NCBI RefSeq assembly: GCF_001194135.2
Contig: NC_069003.1
Span: forward strand, 15,945,873 to 16,009,872
Length of the DNA stretch: 64,000 nt
Direction of reading: 5' to 3'
Source of the DNA: Octopus bimaculoides
Lineage: Eukaryota
This document shows positions 36,434 to 50,889 of this stretch, piece after piece (within the stretch, counting starts at the first letter, position 1; each line of letters begins with the position of its first letter). A model generated the notes under the pieces. The model was not told where the DNA came from and did not search any database. It saw only the letters and a program-made list of their open reading frames with translations. Both the position numbers and the translations under genes were made by a program.

Positions 36434-37355
36434 TATATATACTATACGTATACAGATATTTGTATATATATATTTATGTATATATATATTTATGTATATA
36501 TCTATGTATATATATGTGTGTGTGTGCGTACGTTTATACGTGTGTATATTTATATACATATATGTATGTATATATATATGTACGCATATACATGTATATG
36601 TATATTTATGTATATATGTATATGTATATTCATATCTATATATATATATGTATGTATATGTATATATGTATATATATATATATATTTGTGTATAAACGTA
36701 TGTATATATATAAATATTTGTGTATATATATATTTGTGTGTATACATATGTATGTATATGCATCTACTTCATATATATGCATGTACGTACATATATGTAT
36801 GTGTGTGTATGTATGTATGTATGTATGTATGTATGTATGTATGTATGTATGTATGTGTGCGTATCTAGTCTTATTGTGTTGCATTCATTTTCTTCTATCG
36901 TTGACATATACAAGTACACATACACGCATATATATTCTTTAATATGTGTGTGTGTGTGTGTCTGTGTGTGTGTGTGTGTCAGTGTCTGGGTGTATACACA
37001 CACACACACGCACACACATAAGCGCAAGCACACACCCTGTGAAGCTGAATCCCTCAATGGAAGTTCACAGCGTTTGAAGCAAATATAATCCAACGTGAAT
37101 ATATTTGATTACTAAAACAAAAACAACTCAAACACACACACACGAACACACACACACACCCACACCTTCCGTAATCCTTCCTAAATCCAGTTACCAATAA
37201 TCGGATTAAGCTTCCGGTGTCTTTGATCACGTTAGATCAGATGCCGTCCTTTCAGAAATTACAATTTATTATTCAAACGTTGGGGTTTTACCCAGGAGAG
37301 GAACCTTTGACGAAAAACAGGTAAAACTTGATCAACGCTTTTTTCTTAAGGTTTC

Positions 37356-37427
37356 CTCTCTCTCTCCCCCTCTCTCTCTCTCTCCCCCACTCTCTCTCTC
37401 TCTCCCTATCTCTCTCTTTCTCCATCC

Positions 37428-37521
<94 letters not shown>
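37356..37521. repeat. (CT)n microsatellite, imperfect
   Basis: Direct inspection. Confidence 0.95.
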
Positions 37522-37523
<2 letters not shown>

Positions 37524-38475
37524 AACTCTATCCTACTTATGAATCATTTGTTTACTTGTCTTTCTCTTTGCTCTTGTTTATGTTTGGTTTACGTCGATAA
37601 GAAAAGGATTTAGGATTTGTAGAATTATAGGAACTTCGTCAATGGAATGGTCAGGTTTGATGAAAGAATTATCGGAGGAACTTAACGAATCCCAGTCCTT
37701 GTTGATTCTTTCACGAACGAAGCGTGCTCGCACACACGCACAAACACACACGCGCACACACACACACGCACACACACAGAGAGGCACACAGGGCATCCAT
37801 AAAATCGCCGCATCAGATCGGTTGCTGCCTCATGAAAGTATATGAGATTACATATCTTACATCCCAACATCACCACTCCGCTATAGTGCCACAGCCCGTA
37901 GTATAAACCAAGACCTTATATAGAATGTCAGCTCGCCTCTTGTGTTTGTTTTTATCTGAAGGAGCTGAACCCGCCACTGCAACTTAAATGATACCTTTTA
38001 CTCCAGCCAGTCGCAGCATAAACCCCATAATATTAACGTAACTGAATTATCAAAAGGCATCTTTTGTTTCGATTCCTTATCAAATATCTTTGCCATCTGC
38101 CACATTTACAAAAACACAGCAATTCTTCTTAGAAGCATTGGTGGCGTTTTCGTTGCCGTTGACACTGGTAGAGAGCGGGAACATGGATGGTTTGTGGTGA
38201 ACAAACAAGACTTCGCCGATGCTTTCCAGCAGAAATTGGTGCTGATCTTACCCTGTGATTTTCACCAGAACATTTAGTAGTATAAACGATACACTTTTCC
38301 GACGATAATCTACGATGAAGTGTCTGTAGTCTTCCATAGGAACGAATGTATTTCACACAGTTTGATTCTAGACTAGAAATTGTAAAGATTATTGTGCTTT
38401 ATCCCACCCACTCAGACTAATTCTATGTAATTTTCTCTCTATTATTGAAAATTTTGGTATATATTAGAGTATTTA

Positions 38476-39760
38476 TTAGGTTGTCAAGAAAGTTCTTGCG
38501 GAATTTTTAATTTTGGTTTTAAATGATGTATTTTCAAATTATTTTCGTTAAATTACTTTGACTTTATATAACATTTTAAAGCCGTTTCTCGCTCTATCAA
38601 ATCGTGTTACTCTTTTTCTTTTTGAATAATTAGGCCATTTTTTCCGGAACGTTGAATATAACATGGACAAAAAGCAAATTCGCACAATTCTTTTATTCCA
38701 GTTCAAGCTAGGCCGAAAAGCTGCTGAAACAGCTCGTGATATCAACGATGCGTTTGGCCTAGGAACCACTAATGAACGTACAGCACAATGGTGGTTCAAG
38801 AGATTTTGTAGCGGTGACGAGAGTCTTGAAGATGATAAGCGTAGTGGTCCGCCATCGGATGTCGACAACGATCAACTAAGAGCCTTAGTGGAAGTCAATC
38901 CACGCACAATTGTTCGAGGGCTTGCTTCCGAATTAGAGGTAACGTATACGACAATTTCCAACCATTTAAAAGAGATTGGAAAGCAAAAATACTTAAGAAA
39001 TGGGTGCCGCACGAATTGAACGACAACCACAAAAAAAAGCGCCGTTCTGAAGTGACGTCTTCCCTTCTTTTACGCAACAAAAATGACCCGTTTCTCGACC
39101 GGATTGTGACTTGCGATAAAAAGTGGATTCTTTACGACAACCGGCGATACTCAGCTCAGTGGTTAGACGCCGACGAAGCTCCACGGCACTTCCCGAAGCC
39201 AAAGTTGCACCAAAAGAAGGTCATGGTGACTGTTTGGCGGTGTGGCCGGTCTCATCCATCACAGCATTTTGGATCCAGGCGAAATCATTACGGTGGAACA
39301 GTACTGTCAGCAAATGAATGAAATGCATAAGAAACTCCGACCAACAACAGCCAGCATTGGTCGATAGAAAAGGACCAATACTTCTCCACGACAATGCTCG
39401 GCCACACGTCGCACAACTGACCCTGCAGAATTTGAACGAATTGGACTACGAAACTCTGCCTCATCCGCCATACTCACCAGACTTCTCGCCTGCCGACTAC
39501 CAATTTGTCAAGCATCTCGACAACTTCCTGCATGAGAAATGCTTCAAAAACCAAGACGATGTCAAACACGCCTTCAACGACTTCATCACCAACAGAACGC
39601 GGGATTTTTACGCTACTGGCATAAATAAACTTCTTCCGCGTTGGCAAAAGTGTATTGATTCCGGTGATGTTTATTTCGATTAATAAAGTTTTGTTTGAAC
39701 TGAGATATGTGCATCTGAATTTAAAGGTTACAAACCGCAAGAACTGTTTTGACAACCTAA
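38476..39760 (+). mobile_element. Full-length mariner transposon (cecropia subfamily, Hsmar1-like)
   Basis: 1285 bp, TA TSDs (38474-75, 39761-62). TIRs TTAGGTTGTCAAGAAAGTTCTTGCGG vs rc TTAGGTTGTCAAAACAGTTCTTGCGG (2 mismatches). Confidence 0.95.
38663..39683 (+). pseudogene. Frameshifted mariner D,D34D transposase
   Basis: Three frames cover the whole protein: MDKKQIR..GRKAAET..WWFKRF..GDESLED; [17 protein letters not shown]; LLHDNARPHVA..HPPYSPDFSPADY..WQKC..YFD*. Catalytic D codons at 39115, 39390 and 39495 (34 residues between the last two). Confidence 0.92.
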
Positions 39761-39819
39761 TAAGTAAAATTATATTAATGTGTCCGACTGATTAAAAAAT
39801 TCTATTTATTTATTTATGC

Positions 39820-41116
39820 AGCTGTGGATAGCCCTGCATTTAAATTGATATAATAATTGTATTGTTCAACTAAATTGAGCCGCTTGAAACGGTCGTACTG
39901 CATATCCTGTTNNNNNNNNNNNNNNNNNNNNNNNNNNNNNNNNNNNNNNNNNNNNNNNNNNNNNNNNNNNNNNNNNNNNNNNNNNNNNNNNNNNNNNNNN
40001 NNNNNNNNNNNNNNNNNNNNNNNNNNNNNNNNNNNNNNNNNNNNNNNNNNNNNNNNNNNNNNNNNNNNNNNNNNNNNNNNNNNNNNNNNNNNNNNNNNNN
40101 NNNNNNNNNNNNNNNNNNNNNNNNNNNNNNNNNNNNNNNNNNNNNNNNNNNNNNNNNNNNNNNNNNNNNNNNNNNNNNNNNNNNNNNNNNNNNNNNNNNN
40201 NNNNNNNNNNNNNNNNNNNNNNNNNNNNNNNNNNNNNNNNNNNNNNNNNNNNNNNNNNNNNNNNNNNNNNNNNNNNNNNNNNNNNNNNNNNNNNNNNNNN
40301 NNNNNNNNNNNNNNNNNNNNNNNNNNNNNNNNNNNNNNNNNNNNNNNNNNNNNNNNNNNNNNNNNNNNNNNNNNNNNNNNNNNNNNNNNNNNNNNNNNNN
40401 NNNNNNNNNNNNNNNNNNNNNNNNNNNNNNNNNNNNNNNNNNNNNNNNNNNNNNNNNNNNNNNNNNNNNNNNNNNNNNNNNNNNNNNNNNNNNNNNNNNN
40501 NNNNNNNNNNNNNNNNNNNNNNNNNNNNNNNNNNNNNNNNNNNNNNNNNNNNNNNNNNNNNNNNNNNNNNNNNNNNNNNNNNNNNNNNNNNNNNNNNNNN
40601 NNNNNNNNNNNNNNNNNNNNNNNNNNNNNNNNNNNNNNNNNNNNNNNNNNNNNCGATAAGTCTTGCTAGGTGAAAATCAACTAAAAAAGAGAGCCTTACA
40701 ACGAAAAAATCCTTATGATGTAAATATGTTCATAATTCAAAAGACAATGAAATTAATAGGGAAAGTCTGAAGGCTGTTTTGCGTAACATTATTAAACGTA
40801 CGTAAATTTCATCCGTCTAATTGGCTATAGAAATGCTTGTGCAAAACAACTTTTTGCGCTGCCCTGATTATACATAGCAGGGTAATCCCTTTTAGCAGGA
40901 GGTAGGACGGCAATTTCTGATGAAGCAATTGCTGGCGATCTGTTGTTACACAGTTTTGTCAGAATTCTATCAGGTTAGGCAGAAGAATCTAATTACTGCA
41001 CATCGAGAAAATTCCATTGATGTAAAAATTTTTGCGAAAAAGTGAAAAATGTGGATTTCTATACACTTTTAAAAAGGTTTCACACAGACACACAACTTCA
41101 GCTTTATATATTAAGA
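39820..41116 (-). mobile_element. Probable non-autonomous Helitron (gap inside)
   Basis: Minus-strand start A|TCTTAATATATAAAGCTG at 41116 (Helitron 5'-TC, AT insertion site). The left end 39820-39905 shares about 85 bp with 22680-22770; the 3' CTAG is degenerate. Confidence 0.45.
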
Positions 41117-41204
41117 TATGTATGTATGAATGTATGTATGTATCTTACATCATATCTGCTTCACAGGACACTTGGTTGTTCTAAGGTCCCAAAAGATAAA
41201 AAAT

Positions 41205-41830
41205 ATTCGTCGTCGTCGTCGGCGGCGTTTCATGGTGTTTCCGATAATTTATTTGGTTTCTTCTTGACCACTTCTTCCCCTCTGTCGTTCAGCTTCAAAA
41301 TGATCTGTGGAGACGTAATGATGACAGCCGGGCCTGTCCTAAGCTTCAATGTACCAGGCCTTGGAATCGATTCCAGTCAGCTTTAGGCTTTGCTTCAGCT
41401 TATCCTTGTATCGACGGAGGGACGGCCATGGAGTCTTCTTCCAGTGGAAAGTTCACCTTACAAAATTTGACGCAGCAGCCTGATTTCTTTCATTCTTGCT
41501 ACGTGGCCCTCTCATTTCAGACGATGTTTCAGGATGGTAGCCCCGATGCTGCTGCTTTTCGATAGCTCCAAAACGGAGACAGCAGTCACATAGTAGTTCC
41601 ATTTAATATTCTTGATAGAACGGAGCTTCTTTGGTGAAATCACTCTAGTTTTTTGACGTCACTCCGGTAAAGAGTCCGTGTTTCACAACCGTGGAGGAGG
41701 GTGTAGATCACGACTACTTGGTAGACACTCGATTTTGTTTTGTGGTTCAAATCTTTGTTCTTAAAGACCATTTTCGTGAGTCCACTAAACGCGGGGTGAG
41801 CTGTTTTTAATCGGTTCTCCACGTCCTCTT
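41205..41830 (-). mobile_element. RTE-clade LINE 3' fragment
   Basis: Minus strand ENRLKTAHPAFSGLTKMVFKNKDLNHKTKSSVYQVVVIYTLLHGCETRTLYRSDVKKLE (RTE RT C-terminal motif). Confidence 0.8.
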
Positions 41831-43570
41831 GCGATGTTTACTTATTCGAAAGAAAACTTCCTAAGTATGAAAGGTGGTTAATTTTCTCCAATGGCGTCTC
41901 CAAGATGGTGATGTTGAGGTCTGGAGTTTCCTGACTTAGAACGAGTTGTGCCAGGATTTTTGTCTATTATCCCCCAACTAAACCAAATCTTGTCACAAAA
42001 GATAATCTTAACCTTTCACCTCTCCTGTTTATCACATGTGATATATAGGACATATTTGTCTGGCATCTATGTATCATATATGATAAATATTCCCATTTTT
42101 TTCAGCCACCAGAGTAATATGGGACCTCAGAATGTCTAAAACAAGGGCTAGCTAAATGTCTGCAAACAACTATGGATGGTTTGGTCAAAATGATTTGAAG
42201 AGACAAAGCGTTAAGTTAGGCTTCGGGTCTGTAGGTTTTGATAAGATAAAAGGATAGTGTAGAATTCCACCTCAGTGCAGAATTCGTTATTGTTGAGTAC
42301 ATGTAGGTGTTTCAACTGATAACGCAAGATCTTCTCCCTACTGGCAGCTGTGAGATAAATGGTGACTTTCAATTTTAAGTTCCTGACAGTAAGTTATTGG
42401 TATTAACAAAGATTAAATGATGAAGCTGGTGTTTCCATGAGATATTGAAGATGAGTAGCTTAATTGTAACTGTTTCGGGATTGCTTTGTTAGTTGGCAGG
42501 AATGATCAGACTGGATTGTCGAGTAAATTTAATAATTTCACTCTAGAATAGGCAATGAGCGGCTTTATTTCCGCTCGTCATAGTCAGCTCACATATACTT
42601 ATGTGATCCAGTGTGCCTGGCCTAGCTGGAGCATAGAGCTCTCAACACCTGTTAACATTGTGTCTTCTTTATCACATTATCCTCAGAATCTCCCGTCTAG
42701 AATTAAAGAATGTTCCATGGGTATGTGAGCAGAATTTTTTTTTTAAGTTCCTGTTTGTCGTCCCATATCAACAACGTATGTTTTACACTTTTAGTCAACT
42801 AGGGAAACGGTGCGCATGACCTTTTACAAGCCTCAGATATTGAGGGTAAAGTGAAAGCGCAGTATCCTCAAACCAGTAGCATGATCTGAGTGCCTGCGAC
42901 AGAGCAGACTCCATCAGAATCAATCAAGATATCAGATAAGCGTGTTACACAGACCGACGAATCAATTCTACCACCCATGTAGGCAAAGGCTGAATTTGAA
43001 CTCTGAAAGTTAAAGCCTGTGGTAAATACCGCACGGTATGCAGGCAGACATTTTTTACATTTGCACCAAAACACCACTTTGTATTAGTTTTATCGACTCC
43101 GAAATGATGACAGACTAGACTTCGGTGGTATTTGAACACGGAAAGCAAAGACTCGTGTTAAATACTGCAAAGATATTTTGGCTGACATTTCTAACAGTTA
43201 TATGAATCCACAGTCTTGTATAAGTTATTTTTTATCGACCTCTGAAGGGATGAAACGTAAAGTTGACCTCGGTGGGATCTGAACTCTGCGCAGATAATCG
43301 AAACTAATACCGCAACGCATTCTGTCGGATGCTCTAGCAACACTGCCAATGTTCCAGCATATATACAGATCTACAAATATACAAACGGCACCGAACGTGA
43401 GATATATTCTTCACCCGAAATATCGGATTATTATGTTTTAAGTCAAAATGTAATCCTTGCTTTTATTTATATTTAATATTTCTCCGATTACATTTCTTCT
43501 TAAATAACTGTTATATATAATCTGCAATGCTCCAAGCAAGCAACAACACAGTCACATACAGACGCACACG

Positions 43571-43729
<159 letters not shown>

Positions 43730-43898
43730 TATGGCAACTGAAATAAAAATCGCTTAATGCATATTCCAGTATAATTATTAAATTAGCTCGGTTGATATCG
43801 TTTGGGTTACAACTTGATGTTTCCAGGAATTAGCGTATCTTCGGGCTAGAGAATTACGACTAAATACCCGCCTACCTTTCTATCTATCTATCCTTCTG

Positions 43899-43933
<35 letters not shown>

Positions 43934-44234
43934 GCCTCTTTCTCTCTCCCTATTATATATTTTCGTTGTATTGGATTTAATTTATATATATATATATATA
44001 TANNNNNNNNNNNNNNNNNNNNNNNNNNNNNNNNNNNNNNNNNNNNNNNNNNNNNNNNNNNNNNNNNNNNNNNNNNNNNNNNNNNNNNNNNNNNNNNNNN
44101 NNNNNNNNNNNNNNNNNNNNNNNNNNNNNNNNNNNNNNNNNNNNNNNNNNNNNNNNNNNNNNNNNNNNNNNNNNNNNNNNNNNNNNNNNNNNNNNNNNNN
44201 NNNNNNNNNNNNNNNNNNNNNNNNNNNNNNNNNN

Positions 44235-44316
<82 letters not shown>

Positions 44317-44655
44317 TGTGTGTGCGTTTGTATGTATGTATGTATATATGTTTGTATGTCTGTATAGAGGTGAGTTAAACTAGTGGTTATAAAGACCGTT
44401 TAAGTGATACTTGTATCTAATGAACTAACTGGTGTATTACCTATATGCGATTATAAGTATTAGTATTAATACTCATAAATGGTAGGTAAGGAAAAGAATA
44501 AACCGAAGTTTATTTATATTTAAGGAAAATAAGTTAATGGAGATGAATGTGATAATTGATAAACATCAATTATTATTTATTGATTATAAAAAATGATATT
44601 ATCTCGTCTGACAGCAATTTTTGCTGGCGCTATTTAGGGCATAATCAGGCTTAAC

Positions 44656-44715
<60 letters not shown>

Positions 44716-45694
44716 CATCATTGTAAATGATTAATTTTCCCCAAAAGAGAAAGTAAGGATAGCCCAATTGATGACACATGCTATCCCTCTGAAAACCTTT
44801 CGACCGACTCAAAAATTTAGTAATACAATTAGAATAGTTATAATACTTATAACAGGTACGTGCCTATCTACGTGTGGAAGGCTACTGCCGGTGTGAGTTA
44901 AAAATATAATAACTGTATGAGTATTTTGGTTAGGTCATATAGTAAAAAGTAAGAAATAAAATTTGATATTTCCTTACTTGCTATTTTTCTCGTTCTTTTT
45001 CTTTTCTTTTTCTTTACTTTACCGCCATTCTGCATGCAAAATATATATTTCAAGCGAACACTTAGTCGCTGATTTTACAACAAACAAAATTGCTAGTTCT
45101 AAAATCTCTATAAGAGATCAACGCACTAGTTGTCCTGGCAAGTACTATTCGTAGCCGATTTATCATAGCTCTCTGTTCGAACGGACCCTACTGCGATTTA
45201 GCAGAAATAGTCCGACTGCTAGAAATAGCCCGAAAAAGGGACTGGTCTACTGGTCCCATCGCTAGGAGATGGTAGGGCTTCGCTCTCGTGCTCGCAATTT
45301 TATGAGTGAAGGTGTGTGTTATCATGTATGTATTTTTTGAATGTATATGTGAGTGGCACTCAATCACTCTCTCTCTCATACACACATACACACATTATCG
45401 TTCATATACACGTACATAAATACATATTCATACATCTTTTTTGTATGTATGTTTGCCAGTGCATGTAAGAGAGAGATAAAGAGAGAGAGTGAATGTATTT
45501 CCTCATAATATATAGAGAAATGGATGTCTTTCAATGAGTGACTAATTCGGAGAAAAATCACTTTCATTATTCACCCATTGCATTTGGTAGCCGAAAGATT
45601 ACTGAATTTTTTGATACTCCGTACATCAAAGTTGGCAAATCAGTTTTCGAATGCATAAGGAACATACGTACGCACGCACGCACGCGCGCGCGCG

Positions 45695-45744
<50 letters not shown>

Positions 45745-46110
45745 TACACACACTCATACACACACTCATACACACACACATACACACACACATAGACAAA
45801 CTCTCTTTTATATATACATAGGTTCACTGACAAAATAGTTAGCACGTAGGACAAAACATTCAGCAGCCTTCTTTCCGGCCCTTTACGTTGAAGTTCCGTC
45901 GAGGTCCATTTTGCCTTTCGTCGATAACGTAAGTACCAGATGAGCACTGGGGTCGGTATAATCGACTACCCGCCTCCTTCTCAAAATTGCAGGCCTTGTG
46001 CCAAAAACTTTGAAGCCATTGATAGTTTTTTTATATTGTACAGAATTGTACTTGACATATTTGTTATTGATTTTTATATTTCGCTGTTTGTCACTACATT
46101 TGATGTTGCT

Positions 46111-46190
46111 CTTCTTCTTCTTCTTCTTCTTCTTCTTCTTCTTCTTCTTCTTCTTCTTCTTCTTCTTCTTCTTCTTCTTCTTCTTCTTCT
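46111..46190. repeat. (CTT)n microsatellite
   Basis: Direct inspection. Confidence 0.95.
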
Positions 46191-46504
46191 CCCCTTCCTC
46201 CTCCTCTTACTCCTCCTGCTCCTTCTTCTTTGATATCATATTTTAGGTCTTTAAATAACGATTAGATTTAAGCGAATTGAGCTTCGAGTCATGGAGACAT
46301 AACTCACCTCGATGCGTACGGAGAAATATATATATATATATANNNNNNNNNNNNNNNNNNNNNNNNNNNNNNNNNNNNNNNNNNNNNNNNNNNNNNNNNN
46401 NNNNNNNNNNNNNNNNNNNNNNNNNNNNNNNNNNNNNNNNNNNNNNNNNATATATACATGTGTGTGTGGAGAGAGGGAGAGAGAAAGTTTAAACTGATAG
46501 GCAA

Positions 46505-46554
<50 letters not shown>

Positions 46555-46570
46555 GGATGGATGGATATCA

Positions 46571-48955
46571 ATTATCAGGATTTCCATTATATCTATGCAT
46601 GTTCTCTTCTGTTTTTAATTATTTGGATTCTTCCTCTGAAGAAGGAGCTGGTTTCTAACGAAGATGCAAAGCTCCATCTTTGAAATGAAGATAATGAAAA
46701 CAATATCACATTTTAAACCTGAGAAAAGTCTTGCATGGTTTCACTGTTCCACTTACAGATTGTATTTGTAATGTACGAATTAGCTGGTTGATTTCTTTTT
46801 CTGAAAATTCAAGCTTATACAGGCTGACAGTTAAACGTTTACTTACAAAACCAAATACGCCAACTATTATTGGTATATATGTGAATTTGTAATCCGGATA
46901 TAGAAGCTGCAGGTTTCAAAGCAGCTGTCCATAATTATCCTCTTTCTTTTTGATCTTCGAAGAGATATTCACATCAGTAGTTCATAATGGTTCATACTTT
47001 TCTGTCTGTCCCCAACAATAATACCCAACATGTTATGCTTATACGTGGCAGATGTTTCAGTGGGAATGTTCCACCAGTATTCCTTTTATAGATGTTTGTG
47101 TATTTATTCAATGATAGGGAGATTCTCTATATTTATTCCAGGGCAGTCTCTTTTACAGATGGCATTGTACGTTCTTTATGCGACAAGGTCGTGTTGCATA
47201 GGGCGGTATTATCCTGATGTCATTTTTAGGCAGCTGCTAAATCATATGTGATGTTTTCCAGAGAAATATGACATAATCTACATTTTCGGTTGCATCTTGG
47301 AATACAAAGAGTTTTTTTTTTCTGTCTCTTTTGTTTATTAGGTATTTAGTAACAATCCTGTATAAGAATTGTTTTCCAGGTCTTTGCGAGCCTCTCGATG
47401 GAAATCTCCGGCATAGCCCTCCAAGTGTAATATGATGTAGCAATCACGAGTCCAAAAGAGGTTTCGCAACATGCCAATCCCACTGTCTTCTTCAAGTCTT
47501 CGGAAAACATACCCATTCATGATCTTTTTCTTTTTAGTGGCGGGGTATGCTGAGCGTTTCACTTCCAGGTTTTCTTTGAGGTATGTTATCCCGGCTGTTT
47601 TGGGGTTGTATGGGAAATCATCAGGAAGAGAGTGCTGCCTGAAAAGCTCTGCCAACACGTCTGATAATGTTCTCCTCACTCTTCAGCACTAAATGTGTAT
47701 ATTTTTTTCTGCTGTTATTTAGCAAGTGTTGTCTGAGAGAGAGATTATACGACATTCGAAGGCAGCCTGCAGTGATTCCTAGCTTCTGCCTCCTTTATCT
47801 CTTCTTTAGTAGAGGCTGTCGATATCACTAATCCTGTGGAGATTTCCAGTTGATATCAGTATCATGTCTATGGAGTGGATTTCTTCTGCAAAACTGTCGA
47901 ATATATAAAATGTTGGAATCAGCATTTGTACTTCAAATGCATTCTGCGATATTATCTTGTTATAAGAGGAGAGTTCTGACTGCCATATTTTTTCAAGTCT
48001 GTCATAATATTCGCGGTTCATTTCATCTTTATTCACATTACCTTCGTATGATATATTTTCATCAATGCCTAAGTACTTGTAGCATTATTTGTATGGGACA
48101 GGAGAGACAGTGAGACCACTGATGCTCTGGTTTGGGGTCAGGGGCACTGATTTTCCCCAAAACAACAACCAAATATGAATATTTCTCATGGCCAAATTCC
48201 ATTATGCCAGCTGAAAATGTTATGAATTTCAGTTGTTTTTTGACATTGCTCACATTTTTAACATTAATCTTGAGATCATCCACCAAGAAATTTTTGTTCA
48301 CAATAATATATCTTGCAGTTCCAGACCCTAGAATGTAGCCATTTGATTTTTGTGGCAGGAATGATAATGGATTTAATGCCAAACTGAACAGAATCACAGC
48401 GAATCTATCTTCATGAAATATTCCTTTTGAAATGTTTATAACATTGGAGACGATCGTTCCGCCCCTAATTGTAAGTATAAGAATTATTTCCCAGGTCTTT
48501 GGGAGCCTCTCGATGGCAACAAGTAAGATAGCTGGTACTTTTGTCAAATGGAGACACTTCAGATAACGGGTTTGCTTATTAAGGGTTATTTGGCACATCC
48601 TCTCACTCGCCTCATTCACCTGCGTGATCACGAGTCACTATGTTATTGGACTCGCAATAAACCCGGAGAAATTGGCTGAGACAGCTTATACAAAGCTTGC
48701 ACATAATGTTTGGGCAGGCAATGGGCCTGTAATTTTCTGCCAACTCGGTGGTTTCTTTCTTGGTTATAAGATTTGCCCGTGCAATAGCAAGCCAATTTTG
48801 TATGTCAGTCTGACATCCCTTAGTGCTTCTAAATATAGATATTAGTGGTTTCCTGTTAAATGTCAACCTCTTATACCAATATCCAACTATTAGGCCCCTT
48901 CCAGGTGTCTTTCCATTACGCAGTATGCCTACAGCTATGGTGAAAATTTCCGGGT
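46571..48955 (-). mobile_element. Older, degenerate R4/Dong-related non-LTR retrotransposon (second family)
   Basis: Minus-strand remnants in order: ENYRPIACPNI, KGIFHED..LFSLALNPLS..FLVDDLKI (RT), EYYDRLEKIWQSELSSYNKI, KCRLC, DVNISSKIKKKEDNYGQLL..IPIIVG (REL). Many stops and frameshifts. Confidence 0.85.
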
Positions 48956-49350
48956 CAACTGCATGCTTTGTTCTATGCATGTATGGATGGATGGATGTAT
49001 GGATCGATCGATCGATGGGTGGGTGAATGAAGCATATAAACATACATACGCATACAACTATATATACAAATGTGTATACATACCTACATATAATATATAC
49101 ACGGATTTAAGTTTGCACATATAGATACAATATTCATATGTAAGTATATATATTTATATGTGTTTGTGTGTGTGTATGTGCGTGTGTATGTGTGTCTGTG
49201 CGCACGTGTGCGCGTATAAATTTGTCCATACACATACACAACACCACACACAGTCACGCGCAGGCTCAAGCACACAGATGTGCATATAAGAGAGAGTAAT
49301 AAACAGTAGTACGTGTGTGTGTCTGGTGCGTGTGAGTGCGCGCGCGCGTA

Positions 49351-49387
<37 letters not shown>

Positions 49388-50090
49388 ATATGTGTTTGGA
49401 CCAGTGTTTTAATATTCGAATCCCAGATAGTTTTATGATTAATAATTTTCTCTTTCCCTCGCACATACACTCACAGGAACACATAAATACGAACACACAT
49501 ACCTATATCTTTGTATAAACGTGTATAAGTGAGTGTGTATTTGTGCGTGCATATCATGTCTGTACGCATGCTCTAAACATGTGGTATTGGCGGTGAAGTC
49601 TTATAACCTATAACGGTTCTCAGAACACGCGCCAAAAAACTGAAGTGAAGTGAACTGACCTACAGAAATATTAGTACAATGCAACACGCAACCACGCGCG
49701 TGTATGTATATATATATATATACTTAGAGGTGTGAGGCTTGTGACTGCATAGATGTGAAAATAAGTGCGAATAATTTGATTACAAGTGTATAAGCATATA
49801 TATATATATANNNNNNNNNNNNNNNNNNNNNNNNNNNNNNNNNNNNNNNNNNNNNNNNNNNNNNNNNNNNNNNNNNNNNNNNNNNNNNNNNNNNNNNNNN
49901 NNNNNNNNNNNNNNNNNNNNNNNNNNNNNNNNNNNNNNNNNNNNNNNNNNNNNNNNNNNNNNNNNNNNNNNNNNNNNNNNNNNNNNNNNNNNNNNNNNNN
50001 NNNNNNNNNNNNNNNNNNNNNNNNNNNNNNNNNNNNNNNNNNNNNNNNNNNNAACTGCTACTGGTGCTGCTATTGCCGCTGCCGTTGTTG

Positions 50091-50122
<32 letters not shown>

Positions 50123-50259
50123 GGTGGTGGTGGTGACGGTGGTGGTAGTGGTGTTGGTGGTGGTGGTGGTGACGGTGGTAATGTTGCGGCTACTGATTTT
50201 CAGACTCGGTAGCCCATTTATTCCTTATGGAGATTCTTGCAAAACAGGTCGCCATATCT

Positions 50260-50494
50260 TCAAAGTATTTCAGCCACAACATAACACTTGTCTTTTGTCT
50301 TTTACACGTTCCAATCATTTGACAGCGGTCATGCTGCAGCACCGCCTTCAAAGGCATTAATCGGACGAATCGAACCCTATACAAGTCCGCTACATATTCT
50401 ATGTGTAGCCTTTGCCGAACTGCTAAGATACAAGACGTAAACAAACCAATACCGTTTGTCAACGGGAGGTTGGGACAAGCACATGGTCTCACCT

Positions 50495-50525
<31 letters not shown>

Positions 50526-50660
50526 TACACACACACACACATACCAAATTCGCTCACAAGGCTCTTGTCAGTCCAGGACTATAGTAAAAGTCACTTGCCC
50601 AAGGTTTCACACAATGGGACTGAACCCGAAAGAATGTGGTTGGGAATTAAATTTGTTACC
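50260..50660 (-). mobile_element. SINE family A, diverged
   Basis: CAATCATTTGACAGCGGTCATGCTGCAGCACCGCC..TTTGCCGAACTGCTAAG..CACTTGCCCAAGG..GGGACTGAACCCG. Confidence 0.8.
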
Positions 50661-50853
50661 ACAGAACCATACCTTAAATTATACATACATGCGTATATGT
50701 GTATTTGCGCGTTTTTGTATGTATGCATATGCAAGTATGTACGTATGTTTGTTATATGTATGTATGTACGTATGTTTGTTGTATGTATGTATGTATGTAT
50801 GTATGATTGTGCGTATGTATGCATATATGCGTGTTATATGTATGTATGTATGC

Positions 50854-50886
<33 letters not shown>

Positions 50887-50889
50887 TGT

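Noticed and set aside
37256-37320. Candidate 65-nt exon (CTTTCAG..CAG|GTAAAA)
   Set aside because: The frame needed to follow the phase-2 SCYL exon has a stop; the other frames give no recognisable protein.
38252-38372. Candidate minus-strand 121-nt exon (TTTCTAG..CAGG|GTAAGA) with one open frame
   Set aside because: The peptide LESNCVKYIRSYGRLQTLHRRLSSEKCIVYTTKCSGENHR is not recognisable and no partner exons were seen; needs RNA-seq.
46636-46690. Hammerhead at CTGAAGA-AGGAGC..GCTCC
   Set aside because: The stem is not followed by GAAA and no helix I is present; it lies antisense in the 3' UTR of the R4-like element.
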